A DNA stretch of 64,000 nt from the NCBI RefSeq assembly GCF_036971445.1, contig NC_091480.1, forward strand, positions 61,692,001 to 61,756,000. The letters run 5' to 3'. The translations under genes and the position numbers were made by a program. This document shows positions 55,701 to 64,000 of the stretch, in pieces. The stretch is from Narcine bancroftii (lineage: Eukaryota). Below the pieces are notes generated by a model that worked only from the letters and a program-made list of their open reading frames with translations, was not told where the DNA came from and searched no databases. Each line of letters begins with the position of its first letter. The first letter of the stretch is position 1.

Positions 55701-58343
55701 CACTGCAGGGGATGGACCTTCAGCACTGATGTTCCCCTTCCCACTGCAGGGGACGGTCCCTCAGCCCTGACGATCCCCCCTTCCCACTGCAGGGGATGGA
55801 CCCTCAGGCCTGACCATCCCCCCTTCCCACAGCAGGGGACGGACCCTCAGCCCTGACCACCCCCCTTCCCACTGCAGGGGACGGACCCTCAGCTCTGACC
55901 CCCTCTTTCCACTGCAGGGGATGGACTATCAGCCCTGACCAACCCCCTTCCCACTGCAGCGGACGGACCATCAGCCCTGACCACCCCACTTCTCACTTCA
56001 GGGGACGGACCCTCAGCCCTGACCACCCACTTCAGGGGACGGACCCTCAGCCCTGACCACCCACTTCAGGGGATGGACCCCCAGCCCTGACCAACCCCCT
56101 TCCCACTGCAGCGGACGGACCATCAGCCCTGACCAACCCCCTTCCCACTGCAGCGGACGGACCATCAGCCCTGACCACCCCACTTCTCACTTCAGGGGAC
56201 GGACCCTCAGCCCTGACCACCCACTTCAGGGGACGGACCCTCAGCCCTGACCACCCACTTCAGGGGATGGACCCTCAGCCCTGACCACCCACTTCAGGGG
56301 ACGGACCCTCAGCCCTGACCACCCACCAGGGGACGGACCCTCAGCCCTGACCACCCACTTCAGGGGACGGACTCTCAGCCCTGACCACCCACTTCAGGGG
56401 ATGGACCCTCAGCCCTGACCACCCACTTCAGGGGACGGACCCTCAGCCCTGACCACCCACTTCAGGGGACGGACCCTCAGCCCTGACCACCCACTTCAGG
56501 GGACAGACTCTCAGCCCTGACCACCCACTTCAGGGGACGGACCCTCAACAGCCCTGACCACCCACTTCAGGGGACGGACCCTCAACAGCCCTGACCACCC
56601 ACTTCAAGGGACGGACCCTCAGCCCTGACCACCCACTTCAGGGGACGGACCCTCAGCCCTGACCACCCACTTCAGGGGACGGACCCTCAGCCCTGACCAC
56701 CCACTTCAAGGGACGGACCCTCAGCCCTGACCACCCACTTCAGGGGACGGACCCTCAGCCCAGATCACCCACTTCAGGGGACGGACCCTCAGCCCTGACC
56801 ACCCACTTCAGGCGACGGACTCTCAGCCCTGACCACCCACTTCAGGGGACGGACCCTCAACAGCCCTGACCACCCACTTCAGGGGACGGACCCTCAACAG
56901 CCCTGACCACCCACTTCAGGGGACGGACCCTCAGCCGTGACCACCCACTTCAGGGGACGGACCCTCAGCCCTGACCACCCACTTCAGGGGACGGACCCTC
57001 AGCCCTGACCACCCACTTCAGGGGACGGACCCTCAGCCCTGACCACCCCCCTTCAGGGGACAGACCCTCAACCCTGGCCACCCCCCTTCCCACTGCAGGG
57101 TACGGATCGTCTGATCTGACCTCATCCCCCTCTTTCCACTGCTGTGGATGGACCCTCAGCCCTGATGTTCCCCTTCCCGCTGCAGGGGATGGACCGTCTG
57201 ATCTGACTCCATCCCCCTCTTTCCACTGCTGTGGTTGGACCCTCAGCCCTGATGTTCCCCTTCCTGCTGCAGGGGAAGGAGCTTCCCACTTTGAAGGACA
57301 TGGACTTCTTGAACCAGAACCAGAAGGTTTACGTGGACAGTGAGGAGAAGAAATCGTTCATGGAGAAGCTGAGGAAAGACGTGGAGGTGAGGGGTGTAGG
57401 GAGGGAGGTCCAGAGCTTGGCTGGCGGAGCTGGATTAGGATGGGGGGTTGTAGGGAGGGAGGTCCAGAGCTCGAGCTGGGGCAGCTGGAGGAGGAGAGAG
57501 GGGGGAGGTGTTGGGAGGGAGGTCCAGAGACCTCCTGTCTTTGTCCTATCTGTCACGTCTGCACTCCCCTCACCAGACTGTGCCTCTCTGAGGCCACGCA
57601 TTTCCTCCTACCCCCATCTGACAATATCCTATGTCTTTCGGCAGTTCCTGGCACATCTGAAGATCATGGACTACAGCCTGCTGCTGGGGATCCATGAGGT
57701 GCAGCGGCAGGAGGAGGAGGGGGATATTAGTGTGGCCACGAGTGAGGAGGACAACAACCCCCAGGGCCATTCCCCTGAGGTGCTGGTCACGTCACGAGTC
57801 TGGGGGTCTGTCTTTGGGGAGGGGCCCTCCCTGGGTGACGTGTACGCCATCCGGAGCTCAGACTGTGAGTGTAACCCCACCCTTATGTGGCTCCCTCTCC
57901 TGCCCAAACTCTGTCACCCCTCCCCCCCACAATGTCTCCCCCGGGCTCACCACGTTCCCCAATACCCCTGGATGGAGGTGTACTTGATTGACATTCTCTC
58001 TGTTCACTGGACTCCCCCGGAATTACCCCCTCTCTTCTCCTGTAGATGCCCCCCCAGAGGGAGGTGTACTCCATGGGCCTGATCGACATGCTCCCTGTTC
58101 CCCTCCCATCCCCCGAACTCACCCGCTCTTCCCCCCCCCCCCCCGGAGATAACCTCTACAGGGAGGTGTTCTCCATGGGCCTGATTGACAGCCTCCCCAC
58201 TCTCCCCGATCCCCAGACTCACCCCTCTCTCTCCTGCAGATGCCCCCCAGAGGGAGGTGTACTTCATGGGCCTGATCGACATCCTCACCCAGTACGACAC
58301 GAAGAAGAAGGCTGCCCATGCAGCAAAGACTGTAAAACATGGG
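44315..58343 (+). CDS. PIP4K2C: Phosphatidylinositol 5-phosphate 4-kinase type-2 gamma (exons 1-9; last exon beyond window)
   Basis: In-frame spliced exons with [22 protein letters not shown] and [45 protein letters not shown] and linkage to KIF5A favour the gamma isoform. Confidence 0.92.
44490..44932. repeat. G-tract repeat (ggggcggggagggga) at the start of PIP4K2C intron 1
   Basis: Direct reading; almost entirely G3-G5 runs with 1-nt spacers. Confidence 0.92.
45849..45946 (+). CDS. PIP4K2C: PIP4K2C exon 2 (98 bp; CAGCAG tandem acceptor)
   Basis: [32 protein letters not shown]; donor gtgagc. Confidence 0.93.
46356..46452 (+). CDS. PIP4K2C: PIP4K2C exon 3 (97 bp)
   Basis: [32 protein letters not shown]; tcag|...|gtgggt. 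Confidence 0.95.
48284..54147 (+). mobile_element. Full-length L1 (family B, about 5.9 kb) in PIP4K2C intron 3; ORF1 about 48420-49620, ORF2 50128-53915, both with frameshifts
   Basis: 13-bp TSD aaagtcactgctc at 48271-48283 and 54148-54160, tt/aaag target site; endonuclease (NINGI, QETH, GGDFN, SDH), RT ([12 protein letters not shown]), CFRC; (GT)n in the inter-ORF; AATAAA plus A-rich tail. Confidence 0.96.
54276..54425 (+). CDS. PIP4K2C: PIP4K2C exon 4 (150 bp)
   Basis: [50 protein letters not shown]; gcag|...|gtgagg. Confidence 0.93.
54703..54849 (+). CDS. PIP4K2C: PIP4K2C exon 5 (147 bp)
   Basis: [49 protein letters not shown]; gtag|...|gtatgt. Confidence 0.95.
54862..55150. repeat. About 52-bp minisatellite, 5-6 units (gggaactgtgcacggtgctcctggtgtggtctgacccagggatac)
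   Basis: Direct reading. Confidence 0.88.
55207..55245 (+). CDS. PIP4K2C: PIP4K2C exon 6 (39 bp)
   Basis: [13 protein letters not shown]; acag|...|gtgaag. Confidence 0.92.
55590..57276. repeat. 1.7-kb minisatellite (34-bp core units, about 43-bp flanking units) whose last unit is the exon 7 splice acceptor
   Basis: ggggacggaccctcagccctgaccacccacttca repeats; final unit ggaccctcagccctgatgttccccttcctgctgcag|ggga. Confidence 0.92.
57273..57386 (+). CDS. PIP4K2C: PIP4K2C exon 7 (114 bp)
   Basis: [38 protein letters not shown]; gcag|...|gtgagg. Confidence 0.93.
57645..57864 (+). CDS. PIP4K2C: PIP4K2C exon 8 (220 bp)
   Basis: [19 protein letters not shown]...insert...DVYAIRSSD; gcag|...|gtgagt. 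Confidence 0.92.
58240..58343 (+). CDS. PIP4K2C: PIP4K2C exon 9 (104 bp)
   Basis: [34 protein letters not shown]; gcag|...|gtgagt. Confidence 0.94.
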
Positions 58344-60426
58344 GTGAGTTTGGGGTGTGACAGGGGTTCCAGTGGTGGGGACCATGAGAACTGGAGGGCA
58401 GCCCTTTGAGTGTGAGAGAACCTCGTGAGGAGTACTGATACAACAGCCGGAGATGATTCACCAGAATGGAACGTAGACCAGGGACAGGCCCTTTGGTATC
58501 TGTGCTGAACATGGTGCCCAAATTTAAACACTCCAACTGTTGCCTTCACTTGCTGCATGTTTATGGGTCTGTCTGCCAGCCTCAAACTGTTATATCTGCT
58601 TTCTCTACTGTCTCTGGCAGTGCCAGGGACCCACCACTCTGTGTAAATAAAAACCTGACCAAAGACTAATTGTCCACCCTATCACTGCCCCTCATCAGGT
58701 CTCCTTTCAGTCTCCAACACCCCTGAGAAAACAATCCAGGTTTGTCCGACGTCTCCCCATAATCCATCCCAAACTAAATAGGGGATGGGGGTGGGGGGGG
58801 AGAGGGTGGATTCAACAGATTGGAGAGGGATGGATAAAGTAAAAGCAAATGTTAAAAAGGAGAAGTAAGAGTAGAGGGGATAAAAGTCGAGTGCAAAAGA
58901 GGCAAAGACGACCAGATTTTAAAAGCACAATGAGGATAAGGGCACTTTATCTGAATACCCGTAGTATTCGAACCAAGGTCAGTGAACTTGTGGCACAAAT
59001 CAGTACAAAGAGGGATGATTTAGCAGCCATTACAGGGTGGAGAGTATTGGGAATTAAATATCCAAGGATACAGGTAATAATGAAGGACAGACAGGAAGGT
59101 AAGGGAGGTGGGGTAGTGCTTTTCGTTAAAGGATGAGATCAGGGCAATAGTGAGAGATGATGTAAGATCTAAAGAGCAAAATGTTGAATCCATCTGGATC
59201 AAGATTAGGAATAGTACAAGGAAATAAATCACTGGTGGACTTGTCTGTAGGCCACCCAATAATATTATAATAGCCCAGGCAATAAATATCGGAGGCATGA
59301 AAGGATGGAACAACAGTCATTGTGGGGGACTTTAATGTGCACACAGACTGGGTGAATCAGGTTAGTCGAGGAGGACTTCATAGAATGAATACATGATAAT
59401 TTTCTTGAGCAGTGATACTGAACCTACAAGGGAATATGCTATCTTGAATCTGGTCCTGTGCAATCAGTTGGGTACAATGAGTGATCTTGTTGTTAGGGAT
59501 CCTCTTGGAAAGAGTGATCACAGTATAACTGAGTTTCTCATACAAACAGAGGGGACAATAGTTTGGTGTAAAACCAGTGAGTTTTGCCTAAACAAGGGGG
59601 TGAGGGAGGAGTTGGCCAGGGTGGACTGGGAACACAGGATATGAAGGGACAGTTGAGGAACAGTGGAGGACTTTCAAAGAGATTTTCACAGTGCTCATCG
59701 AAAGTACATTCCAGTTAACAGCAAGGACAGTCAGGGTGGGGACAGCCAGCCTTGGATAACTAAGGACATCAAATGAAAAGCTCGTGTGTACAAAGTCACC
59801 AAGAGCAGTGGGAAACCAGAAGATTGGGAAAACTTTAAAAAGCAACAAAGAACCACGAACCGAGCAATAAAGAGGGAAGGTAGATTGTGAGAAAAGATTA
59901 GCACAAAATATAAAAATAGAGAGTAAAAGTGTTTACAATTATGTAGAGCAGAAAAGGGTGGCTAAAGTGAAGGTTGGTTCCTTGTAAGATGAGAAGGGGG
60001 AATTTATATCAGTTAATGAGGAAATGGCTGAGGCCTTGAATGACTATTTTGTGTCGGTCTCCACGGTGGAGGACACGTCAAACATGTCTAAGACATGTTA
60101 TGGGAGAGGAGGACCTGGATGTAGTAGCTATCACTAAAGAGGTAGTATTGAGCAAACTTGAGGGTCTAAAGATAGACAAGGCCCGTGGTCCTGATGCAAT
60201 GCATCCCAGGGTACTGAAAGAAATGGCTGAAGTTATAGTCGAGGCCTTGGTAATTTACCAAAATTCTCTGGTCTCTGGGCAGGTCCCAGTGGATTAAAAG
60301 ACGGCAAACGTCACGCCACTATTCAAAAAAGGATATAGGCGAAAGGAAAAGGAATGAAACTGTAGGCCAGTTAGTTCAATGTCTGTCGTTGGGAAAATGC
60401 TCGAAGCTATCATTAGCTTCAAGCAT

Positions 60427-60664
60427 GGGGTGGCACGGTTGGCGTAGTAGTTAGTGCAACACCTTTACAGCACCAGTGATTGGGACGGAAGTTCTGTCTT
60501 TAAGGAGTTTTTGTGTTCTCCCGTGTCTTTGTGGGTTTTCCCCGGGGGCTCCGGTTTCCTCCCATCGTTCAAAAACGTACCGGGGTGTAGGTTAATTTAG
60601 TGTAATTTTGGCGGCATGGGCTTGTGGGCTGAAATGGCCTTTTATCATGCTGTATGTATAAATA
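60427..60664 (+). mobile_element. V-SINE (HE1-like, tRNA-derived)
   Basis: tRNA-like head ggcacggttggcgtagtagttagtgc; core gttctcccgtgtctttgtgggttttccccgggggctccggtttcctccca. Confidence 0.75.
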
Positions 60665-61629
60665 CTAACTGAAGAGCCAGCTCTTCAGCGCTTGACGTCC
60701 TGCTTTGCGGAAACTGCCAAAATGTTTGGCCTGGAAGTCAGCCTGAAGAAAACTGAGGTCCTCCATCAGCCAGCTCCCCACCATGACTACCAGCCCCCCC
60801 ACATCTCCATCGGGCACACAAAACTCAAAACGGTCAACCAGTTTACTTATCTCGGCTGCACCATTTCATCAGATGCAAGGATCGACAATGAGATAGACAA
60901 CAGACTCGCCAAGGCAAATAGCGCCTTTGGAAGACTACACAAAAGAGTCTGGAAAAACAACCAACTGAAAAACCTCACAAAGATAAGCGTATACAAAGCC
61001 GTTGTCATACCCACACTCCTGTTCGGCTCCGAATCATGGGTCCTCTACCGGCACCACCTACGGCTCCTAGAACGCTTCCACCAGCGTTGTCTCCGCTCCA
61101 TCCTCAACATCCATTGGAGCGCTCACACCCCTAACGTCGAGGTACTCGAGATGGCAGAGGTCGACAGCATCGAGTCCACGCTGCTGAAGATCCAGCTGCG
61201 CTGGATGGGTCACGTCTCCAGAATGGAGGACCATCGCCTTCCCAAGATCGTATTATATGGCGAGCTCTCCACTGGCCACCGTGACAGAGGTGCACCAAAG
61301 AAAAGGTACAAGGACTGCCTAAAGAAATCTCTTGGTGCCTGCCACATTGACCACCGCCAGTGGGCTGATAACGCCTCAAACCGTGCATCTTGGCGCCTCA
61401 CAGTTTGGCGGGCAGCAGCCTCCTTTGAAGAAGACCGCAGAGCCCACCTCACTGACAAAAGGCAAAGGAGGAAAAACCCAACACCCAACCCCAACCAACC
61501 AATTTTCCCTTGCAACCGCTGCAATCGTGTCTGCCTGTCCCGCATCGGACTGGTCAGCCACAAACGAGCCTGCAGCTGACGTGGACTTTTTACCCCCTCC
61601 AAGCCAAGCCAAAGAAAAAAAAAAAAAAA
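60665..61629 (+). mobile_element. 5'-truncated RTE-clade LINE with uninterrupted RT C-terminus
   Basis: 295-aa open frame (GLEVSLKKTEV, FTYLG, AFGRL, QLRWMGHVSRM, CxxC..H zinc finger); A tail; TSD atgtataaata at 60654-60664 and 61630-61640. Confidence 0.92.
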
Positions 61630-61889
61630 ATGTATAAATAGCAAGACATCTGGAGCTAAATGGATCCATCAGGCAGACAAAGCATGGATTCAGCAAAAGC
61701 CTGTTTAACAAATTTACTGGAGTTCTTTGAGGATATAACAAGCATGGTAGATAGATTTCAGATTTATTGACAGAGTACATACATGACATCACATCCAACC
61801 CTGAGATTCTTTGGGGTCGAGGGGAGCAGATGGACATTGTTTACCTGGATTTCCAGAGGGCGTTTTATTAAGGTGCCGCATAAAAGATT

Positions 61890-62090
61890 TTATTTAGACA
61901 TAGAGCATGGTAACCGATCCTTTCAGCCTACAAGCCTGAGCGGCCCAATTACACCCGATTGATCTACATCCCCTGTACTTATTGAAGGGTTGGAGGAAAC
62001 CCACGCAGACACTGGGAGAAAGAACTCCTTACGGTCAGCACTGTCCTAATTGTCAGCACTTTAACAGCGTTGCACTAACCATGCCATTCC
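61890..62090 (-). mobile_element. V-SINE copy, reverse orientation
   Basis: Reverse complement resembles 60427-60664. Confidence 0.6.
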
Positions 62091-62264
62091 ATACAGAAGA
62101 TAAGGGTGCATAGAGTTGGGGGGGGTGATATATTAGCATGGAGAGAGGATTGGTTAACCAATAGAATGCAGAGAGTTAGGATACAGGGGTTTATCTGGTT
62201 GACAATCAGTGGTGAGTGGGGTGTTGCAGGGGTCGGTGCTGTGCCTGCAACTGTTAAAAATATA

Positions 62265-63020
62265 CAGTGCCTTCCATAAAGTTTGGGACAAAGTATTTTT
62301 CCCCCTTTATTTGCCCCTGTGCACCACAGTTTTAAATTTTTACTCAAATAATTCACATGATTAAAGTGCACATTCCAGATTTTATTCAATGTTATTTGTG
62401 TACATTCTGGTTGGGACCATGTAGAAATTACAGCACTTTTTGTACATTATCCCCTCACTTCAGGCCACCTTAATATTTGAAACAGAGCGATGGTATGTAT
62501 GTTAAAGTCCTGTTTAGTACTTTGTTGCATATCCCTTGCAGCCAATGACTGCCTGATGTCTGTGATTCATACACATCACCAGCATCTTCTCTGGTGATAC
62601 TCTGCCAGGCCTCTACTGCAGACACCTTCAGCTCCTGTTGGTTTCAGGGGGTTCTCCCCTTACGTTTCCTCTTCAGCATATGGAAGATGTGCTCAATTGG
62701 ATTTAGATCAGTGACTGACTTGGCTATTCAAGAATTTTCCAGTTTTTAGCTTTGAAAAACTCCTTTGTTGCTTGAGCAGTTTGTTTGGGGGTCATTGTCT
62801 TGCTGTAGGATGAAGCGCTGTCCAATGAGATTGGAGGGATTTGCTCAAACAGGAGCAGATGTTTCTATGCACCTGAGAATTCATTTTGCTACTGGCCATC
62901 AGCAGTTACAGCATCAATGAAGATAAGTGCCCCAGTACCTGTGGCAGCCAGACATGCCCAGGCCACCATCATGCCCCACCATCATGTTTCACAGATGAGG
63001 TGATATGCTTTAGATCTTTA
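62265..63020 (-). mobile_element. Tc1/mariner DNA transposon remnant
   Basis: ta|CAGTGCCTTCCATAAAGTTTGGGAC terminus; minus-strand SSVKHDGG (VKHGGG-like) transposase motif; decayed. Confidence 0.7.
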
Positions 63021-63024
63021 CGTG

Positions 63025-63569
63025 GATCTTTAGATGGAGGGCGGTGACATCTGTAGAGTGGTTGGATCTGTATGTGAACTGCGAGGGGTCTAATGATTGT
63101 TAAAGATGTCAGTAGAACATCTGCTAGCTGAGCTGCACATCCCATGAGCACTCTGGGGATTGTTATCCGGTCCAGCAGCTCTCCATGGGTTGACCTTGCC
63201 TAACTCTTCACTTCGGCCACTGTAAGACTCAGCATCTGCTCATTTGGAGGAGAGGTGGTCTTCTTCGCCGTCACGTCATTTTTCACCTCAAAATGTGCCA
63301 GCACAGACAGATGGTGTAGTCTTGTGGGTGATACCTTGGATGCCCTTCCACTTGTGTCTTGTCGTCTGCTCTGAAGGCAGCTTCTTGGTTTCTGAATAAT
63401 ACACGCACTTCTGCAGTCATCCATGGTTTCTGATTAGAATGAGTATTGATGGTCTTGGGCACAGTGACATCATCAGTACACTGATGCCGTATAAACGTCC
63501 AGATTGGTGCAGTCGCCAACAGTTGTTGCTCCCTTGAACATGTGCCAGTCAGTGCTGTTCAAAGCAGTC
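63025..63569 (-). mobile_element. Rex1/Babar-like LINE fragment
   Basis: [18 protein letters not shown] and CAAQLADV motifs. Confidence 0.65.
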
Positions 63570-64000
63570 TTTTTTTAAATTTTTTATTTTTCACACTATA
63601 AACCATATTGATCAAGATACATACATTTTCCTTCTTAAATATATAGTGTCGTTTTCTCCCCCCCTTCCCTCCTCCCCTCCCTCCCTCACCTCCCCTCCCA
63701 TTTATTTAAAGTTCAGAATATAAGATGCATTAAACCCGTTAAACAATGTTGTCACTCAATAAAAATAAACAAGAAATTCCACTGAGTCAGTTCTTTTCAT
63801 TATCTTCTCCTTCTGTCATTTTAGGTGGTGGAAGTCCACGGTAGGTTTTCTCTATTGTGTTTCATGTATGGCTCCCATATTTGTTCAAATATTGTAATGT
63901 TATTTCTTAAATTATATGTTATTTTTTTTAATGGAATACATTTATTCATTTCTATATACCATTGTTGTATTCTCAAGTTATCTTCTAATTTCCAGGTTGA
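63570..64000 (-). mobile_element. L1 family B 3' end (continues beyond window)
   Basis: Reverse complement matches 53740-54147, including the polyA region. Confidence 0.92.

Larger units (their letters stand above)
58850..62255 (+). mobile_element. Degenerate long CR1 LINE interrupted by SINE and RTE insertions
   Basis: IRALYLNTRSI (endonuclease), GDFN, LGKSDH, KARGPDAMHPRVLKE, QHGF-like and VYLDFQ motifs in order. Confidence 0.85.

Noticed and set aside
60427..60500. tRNA gene
   Set aside because: tRNA-like head of a SINE; no complete cloverleaf
58344..64000. PIP4K2C final exon (AGAEISTV...)
   Set aside because: Not found; the region is almost all transposable-element sequence, so the exon is presumed downstream of the window

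Overview
Vertebrate nuclear DNA. The CR1 LINEs, V-SINE/HE1-like SINEs, Rex/Babar, L1 and RTE elements point to a cartilaginous fish (inference only). Two spliced genes lie on the + strand in the same tandem order as human 12q13. (1) The 3' part of KIF5A (kinesin-1 heavy chain): 19 coding exons traced by GT-AG boundaries and frame continuity (equivalent to human exons 10-28, 2260-34157), plus a probable non-coding last exon ending at an AATAAA near 37701. (2) PIP4K2C exons 1-9 (44315-58343); its last exon lies beyond the window. Exon numbers follow the human genes from memory. Introns are filled with GC-rich minisatellites and transposable elements: a full-length L1 with a 13-bp TSD, nested insertions, solo LTRs, a young RTE and a Tc1 remnant. 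A 200-N assembly gap lies at 41032-41231. The most unusual signal is a recurring link between tandem repeats and splice architecture. Two KIF5A exons are each bracketed by inverted minisatellite arrays, two PIP4K2C introns carry tandem amplifications of their own 3' splice site, and the probable KIF5A 3'UTR holds a 2.1-kb array of 38-bp units. Most long ORFs in the supplied track are repeat artefacts.
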